Shown: piece after piece, positions 22,729 to 31,108 of the stretch | Numbering within the stretch: the stretch's first letter is position 1 | Layout of the letters: each line of letters begins with the position of its first letter | Notes under the pieces: generated by a model | Database searches by the model: none | What the model was told of the DNA's origin: nothing | Seen by the model: only the letters and a program-made list of their open reading frames with translations | Source: a virus | Virus record (IMG/VR): IMGVR_UViG_3300037859_000002 | Location: 32,001-96,000 of that record | DNA length: 64,000 nucleotides | Strand: one strand, 5' to 3' | Program-made: the position numbers and the translations under genes

Positions 22729-23217
22729 ATGCCCATCAACAAAGCCGTGCTTCATGTCTTGGAGCAAATAGAGCGGTCGCTCCGTATCAAGCTGCGGCCG
22801 CCGCCGCTCTCCGAACACGAGTTCGTCGCCGGATTGGACCGACACTATCCCGATCTGCCTGCCGCGCGCCGCGCTGCCCTCATCCAGGAATTCGCGGCCA
22901 TGCAGAGGTTGGGGCCGCTCCGCAAGGAACGGGCCGCGGCCGCCCTCGAGGATATGCGGTCGGGCGCCAGCCGCGATCCCAGAGCGCAGGCCATCATCGA
23001 GATCCTGGATATTCTCGGCCCACCCCCTGAAAACCCAGGGGCCGTACCGCTGGTCGGCGGCTTCCGTGAGCGTGTGGCCCGCAATCGCCAGGAGAAGGAC
23101 CGGGAAAAGTGGCAGGACAAACTGCGGGAACGGTCCAAAGCCATGGCCAGAGCGAGATACAAGGCGCGCAAGGAGCGCCAGCTGGCCGAGTTGAATAACC
23201 TCCAGTCTGCTGGGTAG
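22729..23217 (+). CDS. hypothetical basic protein between the tRNAs
   Basis: 162-aa ORF with coding-like composition. Confidence 0.6.
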   Translation: MPINKAVLHVLEQIERSLRIKLRPPPLSEHEFVAGLDRHYPDLPAARRAALIQEFAAMQRLGPLRKERAAAALEDMRSGASRDPRAQAIIEILDILGPPPENPGAVPLVGGFRERVARNRQEKDREKWQDKLRERSKAMARARYKARKERQLAELNNLQSAG

Positions 23218-23232
23218 CTTCCACAGGCTTTC

Positions 23233-23307
23233 GCCCCGCTAGCTCAATGGCAGAGCGCCCCCTTTGTAAGGGGATGGTTGCCGGGTCGAAACCGGCGCGG
23301 GGCTCCA
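23233..23307 (+). tRNA. tRNA-Thr (TGT), slightly atypical (G54)
   Basis: GCCCCGC/GCGGGGC acceptor, GCTC/GAGC D arm, TT TGT AA loop, GTCGAAA T loop, CCA. Confidence 0.8.
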
Positions 23308-23318
23308 CGCTTCCAAAA

Positions 23319-23332
23319 CACATGAAAATGTG
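23319..23332. promoter_or_regulatory. operator-like palindrome
   Basis: CACATGAAAATGTG upstream of the ACP/TerL operon. Confidence 0.7.
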
Positions 23333-23362
23333 CGACAGGGGCGCCCCACCAGGAGGCTGCAC

Positions 23363-23758
23363 ATGCGCATCAAGGGCCGGCTCATCATCGACGAGTATGT
23401 GCCAGGCGAGCCGGTGGCACACCGATGGCCGCTCCGCTTCAAGATCACTGGCGAGGATCTCGATCATGAGTTCATGATCGACCGGCACATCCCCGCCGGG
23501 GGGCAGGCCGTGTTCGGCATCGACATCGAGGTCCTCACCCCGGCGCCCGATGCGGTGCCCCCGGGTGGTCTCGCCCCCACCGACTTTCCGCCGCGGCTCG
23601 GCGTCTCGAGCGTCGGAGGGATCAAGCCCGCGTCCCTTACCGATGCCTTGGTCGGAACCCTGATGAAGGTGACGCCGCTGCCCGACCCGGCGGTGATCAC
23701 CGAGGCGATCGCCGCGATCGCCAAGCCCACGAGGGTGAAGCCCCGGCGCCGCCGATGA
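23363..23758 (+). CDS. hypothetical protein
   Basis: AGGAGG RBS; ATGA-coupled to the ACP gene. Confidence 0.7.
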   Translation: MRIKGRLIIDEYVPGEPVAHRWPLRFKITGEDLDHEFMIDRHIPAGGQAVFGIDIEVLTPAPDAVPPGGLAPTDFPPRLGVSSVGGIKPASLTDALVGTLMKVTPLPDPAVITEAIAAIAKPTRVKPRRRR

Positions 23759-24024
23759 CCGCGTCAGAGCGTCGGCGCCTGGTCTCGACCGCGATCCTCG
23801 AGGCCGCGGGCGTCGTCCCCGAGGAGGCCGCGGCCCGAGACCCGGTCCCCGATGAAACCGACCTGCAGGGCCTGGGTCTCGACTCGCTCGACATGGTCGA
23901 CATCCAGATCTCGCTCAACCTCGGGCTCGGCATCGACGTCCCGGACGCCGACATGGAGGGCCTCGAGACCGTCGGTCACATCTATGCCCTGGTGGAGCGC
24001 CTGTGTGATGGAACACCGGCCTGA
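23755..24024 (+). CDS. acpP: acyl carrier protein
   Basis: acidic 89-aa protein with LGLDSLDMVDI phosphopantetheine motif and GIDVPDADMEGLETVG. Confidence 0.85.
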   Translation: MTASERRRLVSTAILEAAGVVPEEAAARDPVPDETDLQGLGLDSLDMVDIQISLNLGLGIDVPDADMEGLETVGHIYALVERLCDGTPA

Positions 24025-24036
24025 TCGTCGCTGACC

Positions 24037-25602
24037 GTGCCGCTCGACCTCACCCAGGTGCAGGACCTGGCGCTCGCAAACCGCATCGAGATCGAGCGCG
24101 AGCTCGGGCGCCGCAGCTTCTGGCACTTCTTCCGGATGGCATGGCGCTACATCGATCCGGCGCCCTTCGTCGATGGCTGGCACCTGCGCGCGATCTGCGA
24201 CGCGCTCGAGGCCCTGGCCCGACGCGACTTCCGTGAGCTCGTGCTCTGCGTGCCCCCGCGGCACACGAAGTCGCTGCTCGTCTCGGTCTGCTTCCCCGCC
24301 TGGGTCTGGACCTGGGATCCGGCCCACCAGTTCATCACCGCCTCATACGACCAGCGCCTGGCCGTGCGCGACGGGCTCAAGAGCCGCCGCCTGGTCAAGA
24401 GCGCCTGGTTCCAACAGCGGTGGCCCGAGGTCCAGTTCCGCAAGGACCAGGACACCAAGACCTACTACGAGACCACCGCGGGCGGGCACCGGTTTCTCAC
24501 CACGCCGGGCTCGGGCGTGACGGGCCACGGCGCCGACACCATCCTGGGCGACGACCTGCACAACGCCAAGGAGGCGACCACCGAGATCAGCCGCGAGGAA
24601 GCCCGCGAATTCTGGTTCGAGAGCATCAGCTCGCGCCTCAACGACCAGATGACCGGCGCCTTCGGGGTGATCCAGCAGCGCCTGCACAACGACGACGTGG
24701 CCGGCCACTGCATGCGCAAGGGCTACCACAAGGTGGTGCTGCCCGCGCTCTTTGAGGCCGACCACCCGGACGCATACGCGCTCGACCCTCGCGTCGAGGG
24801 CGAACCCCTGTGGCCGGCGCGCATGCCCCTCGAGGCGATCGAGCGTCAGCGCCAGACCCTCGGGGCCTATGCCTTCGCTGGTCAGCAGCAGCAGCGCCCC
24901 ACGGCGCGCGAGGGCGGGCTGTTCAAGCGCGCCGACTTCATCATCGGCGAGGCCATCCCGCCCGGGGTCATCAGCTGGGTCCGCCGCTGGGACCTGGCGG
25001 GGACCGAGCCCAAGCCCGGGGGCGACCCCGACTACACCGTGGGCGTCAGGATGGGCCGCCTGCCCGACGGGCGGTTCGTCATCAGCTCGGTGATCCGGGA
25101 GCGCCTGTCGCCCCTTGGGGTGGAGAAGCTCCTTCTCGCGACCGCGCAGCTCGATGGTACGGGGGTCACGATCGGGCTGAGCCAGGATCCCGGTCAGGCG
25201 GGCAAGGCCCAGATCAGGGCGCTGACGACGATGTTGAACGGCTACATGGTCGTGTCGGAGCCCGAGACGGGATCGAAGTTCACCCGCGCCGAGATCCTGG
25301 CCCCCCAGGTGGAGGCGGGCAACCTGCTGCTGCTGCGCGCCGACTGGAACGAAGAGTTCCTGGTCGAGATGCAGATGTTCCCCAACGCCTCGCACGACGA
25401 CCAGGTGGACGCCGCCACGGGCGCGCACCGGCTGCTGACCCAGAACCAGCAGGGCATGCTCGACCTGATGCGCGCCGAATTCCGCGACGCGATGTTGAAG
25501 CGCGCGCGCGAGCTGATCGCCCAGGGCCAGATGGCCGACCCAGAGATTGCGGTCGCCACGGGGTTGGCGCTCGAGGAGATCGAGGCCCTTCGGCGCGCTT
25601 GA
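24037..25602 (+). CDS. terL: terminase large subunit
   Basis: VPPRHTKS Walker A, TGHGADTILGDD, IQQRLH, WDLAG, FPNASHDDQVDA. Confidence 0.95.
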   Translation: MPLDLTQVQDLALANRIEIERELGRRSFWHFFRMAWRYIDPAPFVDGWHLRAICDALEALARRDFRELVLCVPPRHTKSLLVSVCFPAWVWTWDPAHQFITASYDQRLAVRDGLKSRRLVKSAWFQQRWPEVQFRKDQDTKTYYETTAGGHRFLTTPGSGVTGHGADTILGDDLHNAKEATTEISREEAREFWFESISSRLNDQMTGAFGVIQQRLHNDDVAGHCMRKGYHKVVLPALFEADHPDAYALDPRVEGEPLWPARMPLEAIERQRQTLGAYAFAGQQQQRPTAREGGLFKRADFIIGEAIPPGVISWVRRWDLAGTEPKPGGDPDYTVGVRMGRLPDGRFVISSVIRERLSPLGVEKLLLATAQLDGTGVTIGLSQDPGQAGKAQIRALTTMLNGYMVVSEPETGSKFTRAEILAPQVEAGNLLLLRADWNEEFLVEMQMFPNASHDDQVDAATGAHRLLTQNQQGMLDLMRAEFRDAMLKRARELIAQGQMADPEIAVATGLALEEIEALRRA

Positions 25603-25656
25603 CCCGATAACACATTTTGATGTTATCATGCCCCCATTGGTGGAATCGATAAGGGG

Positions 25657-26001
25657 GTGGCGATGGTCTGGAATCTCGAGGTGCTGTGCCCGATCTCGGA
25701 GCGCGAGATCAGATCGGCGGCAAAGCTGATGCCCATCGTGGCCATGAGCCACGTGGTCAGGGTGCTCACCCCGCCCTTGGTGGCCGCCGGCATCGGTTGC
25801 GTCTGGTTCGCGGTCATGTGCGGCCTGGTCGAGGCGCCGGTCCATGTGGTCGGCCCGCTGATGGGGATCGGCCTGGGCGTCATTTTCGGTTCGCTCGTCA
25901 CGGCCTCGACGGGCGTGCGGCTCACGCGCGTGTCCCGCGACTGCGAGGAGGAGTGGCGCGCGCAGCAGGGCCAGAGCAACTCGCGCCGGAGCGTGCCATG
26001 A
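25657..26001 (+). CDS. two-TM membrane protein
   Basis: hydrophobic helices; preceded by TTGACC and operator-like CACATTTTGATGTT at 25611. Confidence 0.6.
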   Translation: MAMVWNLEVLCPISEREIRSAAKLMPIVAMSHVVRVLTPPLVAAGIGCVWFAVMCGLVEAPVHVVGPLMGIGLGVIFGSLVTASTGVRLTRVSRDCEEEWRAQQGQSNSRRSVP

Positions 26002-26327
26002 GCGCCGCTCCGCGTGTGATCGAGCTCGGGGTTCCCAGTTACTGGAACGACGACCAGGTCGAGGCCTTTCGAAGCGCCTGGGAATACATGCAGACCGGCA
26101 AAGACTCACTCGGCCTGCTCGTTTGTAACGACCCCTCAACAAGACCGATCAGCGTCGCCAACCGCGAGCGCGCCCTTCACTGGGCGAAGGATTTCATCAG
26201 CCGCGGCTCGCTCAACGTCGTCGACGACCAGTCGTTCGACGAGCTGAAAAAACTCAGTCGCTCGATCGGCTTGTTCCTCGATTATGGCCACTGGGTGATG
26301 CAGATGCCCGAAGGCGACGGCCGATGA
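25998..26327 (+). CDS. hypothetical protein
   Basis: ATGA-coupled ORF. Confidence 0.6.
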   Translation: MSAAPRVIELGVPSYWNDDQVEAFRSAWEYMQTGKDSLGLLVCNDPSTRPISVANRERALHWAKDFISRGSLNVVDDQSFDELKKLSRSIGLFLDYGHWVMQMPEGDGR

Positions 26328-26569
26328 ACGTGCTGGTCCGCTTCTGCCTCGCCCTGGTCGCGATGCCCTTTGTGGTCGTCGTCGCCTTCTGCGCCCTGGC
26401 CGCGGCGGTCGCGACCGCCGCATGGATCTTCATCCTCATGTGCGCGCTCTCGCTCGGCCTGATCGCGCTGACCATGTGCGTGCTCGCCATGCCGGACAAA
26501 GCGGTGAGCAGCAAGGTCGTGAACATGACGATCCACCGCGGTGGCAAGGACGGAAAGCCCGCGGCGTGA
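26324..26569 (+). CDS. highly hydrophobic membrane protein
   Basis: about 50 contiguous hydrophobic residues; ATGA-coupled. Confidence 0.6.
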   Translation: MNVLVRFCLALVAMPFVVVVAFCALAAAVATAAWIFILMCALSLGLIALTMCVLAMPDKAVSSKVVNMTIHRGGKDGKPAA

Positions 26570-26576
26570 TCCGCTG

Positions 26577-27272
26577 ATGCCGCGCGCACGCATCGATCCC
26601 GGTTGGCTGCGCGCGGCCCTGATGGATGAAATCCGCGCCTGCATCGCCGCCGGCCGGTCATTCCCGACCAACAGCGATCTTGGGGCGCGCTGGGACATCA
26701 ACGCCGTCACCGTGGTCGAGAAGCTGAACCAGTTGAAGGCCATGAAGCTGATCAGGGTCGAGCGCTTCGGCAACAGCCGGCGAATCACCCTGGTCGAAAC
26801 CGGCGGGCAGACGAGGCTGCCCAGCGGGGTGCGCGAGACACAACACTGGTCCGAGCGAGGGGGGCGCCCCCCCCGGCGCGGGACCGGCGCCCGATCCGGG
26901 GCGCCTCCAGGGGGCGCGTCGGCCGCCCCAGCGAACCAAGGGGGCCTGACGCGCCGCCCCGGCGCCCGGACGCCCCAGGCGCCGGGTGTTTTTGAGGCCA
27001 AGGCCCCCGAGCCGACACCGGTGCCAGATCAGGCTGAAGTCCGACTGCGGGCCAACATCACCAGGGCGAAGAACCTCGCCCAGCGCTCCGTGGCCGGCAC
27101 CTACAAGGCGCCGACGGTGTTGCCGGTCCCGCGACGCTGTGCGTTCCCCGTGCGTGACTGGCGCGCCCACCCGCGCGCCTGGTTCTGCGGTAGCCCCTCG
27201 GTCGAGGGGCGCCCCTATTGCGCCGCGCACTGCGAGGTCGCCTACCAGAAGCGCAAGGAAGAAACGGAATGA
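26577..27272 (+). CDS. HTH protein with GcrA-like C-terminal Cys motif
   Basis: N-terminal FPTNSDLGARW HTH; C-terminal CAFPV..W..FCGSPSVEGRPYCAAHCEVAYQ. Confidence 0.7.
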   Translation: MPRARIDPGWLRAALMDEIRACIAAGRSFPTNSDLGARWDINAVTVVEKLNQLKAMKLIRVERFGNSRRITLVETGGQTRLPSGVRETQHWSERGGRPPRRGTGARSGAPPGGASAAPANQGGLTRRPGARTPQAPGVFEAKAPEPTPVPDQAEVRLRANITRAKNLAQRSVAGTYKAPTVLPVPRRCAFPVRDWRAHPRAWFCGSPSVEGRPYCAAHCEVAYQKRKEETE

Positions 27273-27541
27273 CCAATGAGGTGCGCCAGCTTCAGTCGCC
27301 AGAGCGGCCGGGCCTGACCATGGCGCAGGCGGGTCTGGTGCTCGTCTACCCGGCTGACAAGTCGGCCCCCTTGGTCTTTGCCCTGCACGGTCGCCAGACG
27401 GACGCGCAGGGCGACCCGAAGGTGATCGTCCACTCCCAGGGAGGCCTGGTCGCTCTGGATGCCAACCAGGTTTCGGACCTGGGGCTGATCGTTCCCAACG
27501 CGCTGTTCGCCAGCCTCGCCCCGGGATATGGGCATGCCTAA
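27269..27541 (+). CDS. hypothetical protein
   Basis: ATGA-coupled ORF with AAGGAA RBS. Confidence 0.6.
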   Translation: MTNEVRQLQSPERPGLTMAQAGLVLVYPADKSAPLVFALHGRQTDAQGDPKVIVHSQGGLVALDANQVSDLGLIVPNALFASLAPGYGHA

Positions 27542-27953
27542 GGGGGCGAATTCACAGTGTGAACTCTGTTTGTACCCTAGGAGCTCGAGTGAGCTCCTGA
27601 AGGCCCTCGTGGGTGACAATCCAATCAAGAAGATGGCCCTGATGCTCGGCTGGGAGCATGTGCGCCAGAACCTGGGCTGGCCCGTCGAGTATGAGAAATG
27701 GCCTACGTTCCTGCAGCAGACCTACGAGGACGGCCGCCAGATGGCCGTCGAGGTCCGCGCCGCGCTCATTGGGAGCCGGTCAGGCTGGCTGGAGGCCTGG
27801 CCGAGCCTGGATTCACTGCCCCCGGAGACCCATCGCGTGCTGGCCGAGCGCGCTTGTTGGGAACAGGTCTCGCCGTTCTCCCACCGTGCACCCGATCCCA
27901 AGCTGACCTTCGCTAGAACGCCGCTGCCGCGAGGAGGCCGACGATGCCGATAG
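27528..27953 (+). CDS. hypothetical protein
   Basis: 141-aa ORF in operon context. Confidence 0.55.
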   Translation: MGMPKGANSQCELCLYPRSSSELLKALVGDNPIKKMALMLGWEHVRQNLGWPVEYEKWPTFLQQTYEDGRQMAVEVRAALIGSRSGWLEAWPSLDSLPPETHRVLAERACWEQVSPFSHRAPDPKLTFARTPLPRGGRRCR

Positions 27954-28198
27954 ATCCGTTCCCGATGTCGCCCGGCCCCGCTGGCCCAGCCGAGAACGCC
28001 GCGGCCGCCACCCCCTCGGCCTCCGACATGGCGGTCACGATCAGGGGCTTCCACTGCAACGTCGCCGGTGACGTCGTCTGCCGCATGAAGAGCGGCAGCC
28101 AGTCGGTGACCTTCGCCTGCTCGGCCGGGGCCTTCTACCCCTACCGCCTGGCCGCGGTCCTGCCCGGCACGACGGCGTCGATCATCCTGCTCTGGTAA
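27944..28198 (+). CDS. head spike base protein (RcGTA rcc01079-like)
   Basis: GPAENAAAATPS...RGFHCNVAGDVVC...VTF...AGAFYPYRLAAV..GTTASIILLW. Confidence 0.65.
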   Translation: MPIDPFPMSPGPAGPAENAAAATPSASDMAVTIRGFHCNVAGDVVCRMKSGSQSVTFACSAGAFYPYRLAAVLPGTTASIILLW

Positions 28199-28204
28199 GC
28201 CGCA

Positions 28205-29956
28205 GTGCCAGACGAGAACACGGGACTGCCGCCGGGATCGGCCCGCGGCATCCTTAGGCTCATCGCGCCCGAGTTCATCCGTCGCGTCGTCGCCGGCATC
28301 GGCTTCCCCCTGCGCGGAGAGGCGCGCCCCCCGATCCAGGGCGCCGACCTCGGCAGCCTCGGGACCGAGACCAATCAGCCCATGCCCAGGGTGCGGCGCG
28401 AGCCCTTCTTCGGGCCGGGCCAGCCGCTCACCCCGGTGGTGGCCGATCGCACCGAGGTCGAGGGCCGCGCCACCGACTACCCCTTCGCGCTCAACCAGAA
28501 TTACCGGCCCCGCTCGTCCGAGCCGATCTCGTTCGAGATCCTGCGCCGGATGGCCGACCCGACCACGGGCTACGACCTGATGCGGCTCGCGATCGAAACC
28601 CGCAAGGACCAGATGGCCAAGCTCGAGTGGTCGATCCTGCCCCGCCAGGAGGGGGCGAAGAAGCGCTTCCGTAAGGCGACCCCGCGGTGCGCCGAGATCG
28701 AACGCTGCCTGCGCAGCCCCGACCGGCGCCTGCCCTGGGAAAGCTGGATGCGCGAGCTCATCGAGGACCAGCTGGTGATCGACGCGCCCGCGGTGTTCGT
28801 GCGCAAGACCGTCGGCGGCGACCTCTACTCGCTCGACGTGGTCGACGGCGCGACCATCAAGGTCCTGGTCGATGGCACGGGCCGGGCGCCGATGCCGCCC
28901 GAGCCGGCCTACCAGCAGGTGCTCAAGGGCGTCGTGGTCGCCAACTACACGGCGGACGAGCTGATCTACATGCCGCGCAATCCGCGCAGCAGCCGCTTCT
29001 ACGGCATGTCCCCGGTCGAGCAGGTGCTGATGACCGTGAACATCGGGCTTCGTCGCCAGCTCAGCCAGCTCGACTACTACACGGCGGGCAATATGCCCGA
29101 CTCGATCATCTCGGTGCCCGAGACCTGGACGCCCGCGCAGATCAAGGAATTCCAGACCTACTGGGATGCGATGATCGAGGGCAACCCGAGCCTGCGCCGC
29201 CGCGCCAAATTCGTGCCCGCGGGGATCAACCCCGTGATGACCGGCGCCAGCGCAGGCACGGGCCTGATGGACCAGTATGACGAGTGGCTGGCCCGGGTGA
29301 TCATGTACGCCTTCAGCCTGCCGGCACTGCCGTTCATCCGGATGCAGAACCGCGCGACGGCCGAGACCGCGAACGCTTCGGCCCTCGAAGAGGGGCTGCT
29401 GCCGATGATGGCCTGGCTCAAGGGCCTCATGGATCGCATCATCGAGGTCGCCTTTAACGAGCCGGGCCTCGAATTCGTCTTCGACAGCATCCGCAAGCTC
29501 GACCAGGCCGAGCAGCTGTCCATGGACCTGCAGATGATGGAGCGGGGCATCAAGTCGCTCGACGAGGTGCGCGAGGAGCTCGGCCTCGAGCCCCTGGGGC
29601 TGCCGCACATCCGCATTGGCATCGGCCCCCTGGGCTTCATGACCGTCGAGGACATGAAGAAGGCGATCGCCCAGGGTCTGACCATGCCCCAGGCCCCGCC
29701 AGCGGTGGATGCGATGGGCAATCCGATCCCAGGGGGTGCGCCCGGGGCCGGCATCTCTGGCCAGACCGCCGCCCAGGTGCTGGAGCAGCTGCCGCCCGGG
29801 TTGCGCAACTTCGTCGACGGGGCGCTGACGCCCAGGGCGATGATCCGCGCCGAGGCCCTGGTCGATGAGGAGGAGTCCGACCCTCCGTCTGGTACGATGG
29901 CGGCGTTCATGCACCAGGCGATCGACGAGGCCTCGCAGCTCGCCCGTGGTTCATGA
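28205..29956 (+). CDS. portal protein
   Basis: IDAPAVF...VVDGATIKV...AYQQV...ELIYMPRNP...YGMSPVEQ...YYTAGNMP...NRATAE. Confidence 0.9.
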   Translation: MPDENTGLPPGSARGILRLIAPEFIRRVVAGIGFPLRGEARPPIQGADLGSLGTETNQPMPRVRREPFFGPGQPLTPVVADRTEVEGRATDYPFALNQNYRPRSSEPISFEILRRMADPTTGYDLMRLAIETRKDQMAKLEWSILPRQEGAKKRFRKATPRCAEIERCLRSPDRRLPWESWMRELIEDQLVIDAPAVFVRKTVGGDLYSLDVVDGATIKVLVDGTGRAPMPPEPAYQQVLKGVVVANYTADELIYMPRNPRSSRFYGMSPVEQVLMTVNIGLRRQLSQLDYYTAGNMPDSIISVPETWTPAQIKEFQTYWDAMIEGNPSLRRRAKFVPAGINPVMTGASAGTGLMDQYDEWLARVIMYAFSLPALPFIRMQNRATAETANASALEEGLLPMMAWLKGLMDRIIEVAFNEPGLEFVFDSIRKLDQAEQLSMDLQMMERGIKSLDEVREELGLEPLGLPHIRIGIGPLGFMTVEDMKKAIAQGLTMPQAPPAVDAMGNPIPGGAPGAGISGQTAAQVLEQLPPGLRNFVDGALTPRAMIRAEALVDEEESDPPSGTMAAFMHQAIDEASQLARGS

Positions 29957-30183
29957 GCTGGCGGCATCCGAAGTTCTGCGGGCGTTCGCAGGGTGACCAT
30001 CGGACCAAGGATTTTGGAACCAGGGAAGGGGCGGCCATCCTGGCCTGCCGGATCGCTGCCGCCTGGGCAGAAGTGGGGGTGACCGTGATTCCGGAGATCG
30101 AGCGCATCAAGGCGACCGACCATCGGGTGCCGCGCTACCGCGTCGTGCTGCCCGGCTTCGTGAACGGCATACCCCCCCGATGA
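29953..30183 (+). CDS. small hypothetical protein
   Basis: coupled ORF, DFGTREGAAILACRIAAAW...VNGIPP. Confidence 0.6.
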   Translation: MSWRHPKFCGRSQGDHRTKDFGTREGAAILACRIAAAWAEVGVTVIPEIERIKATDHRVPRYRVVLPGFVNGIPPR

Positions 30184-30497
30184 TCAGGGCGCTCGCGCTT
30201 CTTCTCCTGGTGGTGCCCGCCTGGGCGCACCAGGCGCCCTCAGGTTGGGAGTATCCCAACGAGTGCTGCGCCGCGCACAACGACTGCGCGATGATCGAGG
30301 CGCGCTTCGTCAGCATCACGCCCCAGGGTTATCGGGTGGTGCTGCCCCTGGGGGCGCACCCTCGGCCCTATGCGGTGGACGACCTGTTTGTGCCCGCGGA
30401 TCCGCGGATCCGGCGCAGCGGCGACGGCGACTGGCATCTGTGCATTCGACCCAACGGGCAAGTCCTCTGTCTGTACGTCGCTCCTGGTTCAACGTGA
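30180..30497 (+). CDS. small secreted Cys-rich protein
   Basis: signal peptide; HQAPSGWEYPNECCAAHNDC...SGDGDWHLC...CLYV. Confidence 0.7.
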   Translation: MIRALALLLLVVPAWAHQAPSGWEYPNECCAAHNDCAMIEARFVSITPQGYRVVLPLGAHPRPYAVDDLFVPADPRIRRSGDGDWHLCIRPNGQVLCLYVAPGST

Positions 30498-30508
30498 GGA
30501 ACGCCCCG

Positions 30509-30682
30509 ATGGAAGAGCGTCTGGCGCCCAACCCGTATATCGGTTTTCAGGGTCCCCACTGGTCCGACATCTACCGACCCGACAGCGCGCTGACCTCGGC
30601 GGCCCTCGCGGCCGCGGCGCCGCAGCTGATGCTCGAGGTCGAGCGCCTGAAGCGCGAACTCCAGGCATGCCTCGCGAAGTGA
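30509..30682 (+). CDS. small hypothetical protein
   Basis: GAGGA RBS; C-terminal coiled coil. Confidence 0.5.
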   Translation: MEERLAPNPYIGFQGPHWSDIYRPDSALTSAALAAAAPQLMLEVERLKRELQACLAK

Positions 30683-30697
30683 GGCGGCACCTGTTTC

Positions 30698-30711
30698 CAC
30701 ATCGATATGTG
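30698..30711. promoter_or_regulatory. operator-like palindrome
   Basis: CACATCGATATGTG abutting the endolysin RBS. Confidence 0.7.
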
Positions 30712-30719
30712 AGGCCATC

Positions 30720-31103
30720 ATGGAACTGACCGATCGCGACCGCCTGCGTATGCAGGGCCTGCACTCCCAGCTGGTGGCGGTGCTCGAGCTCGCGGCCAGC
30801 GAGTTCACGGGCGCCGAGGGCTGGTTCATCAGCGAGGGCCGGCGCAGTCTCGAGCGCCAGAAGGAGCTCTATGCGGCCGGGCGGACCAAGACGCTGCAGA
30901 GCCGGCATCTGACCGGCCACGCGGTGGACATCTACCCGATCTCGGAGAGGCCGATCCCTGAGATGGCGCCCGAGGATTTCGACTTCATCAACCTGGCTGT
31001 GCGCAGCGCGGCGCTGAAGCTGCAGGTGCCGATGAAGCACGGGATCGACTGGGGCTGGGACGCGCCCCACCACGAGCTCGACGCCGCCGTTTTCCCGGCC
31101 TGA
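30720..31103 (+). CDS. endolysin, M15 family L-Ala-D-Glu peptidase
   Basis: EGRRSLERQ..LYAAG...SRHLTGHAVDI...WDAPHHEL. Confidence 0.9.
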   Translation: MELTDRDRLRMQGLHSQLVAVLELAASEFTGAEGWFISEGRRSLERQKELYAAGRTKTLQSRHLTGHAVDIYPISERPIPEMAPEDFDFINLAVRSAALKLQVPMKHGIDWGWDAPHHELDAAVFPA

Positions 31104-31108
31104 CGCGC

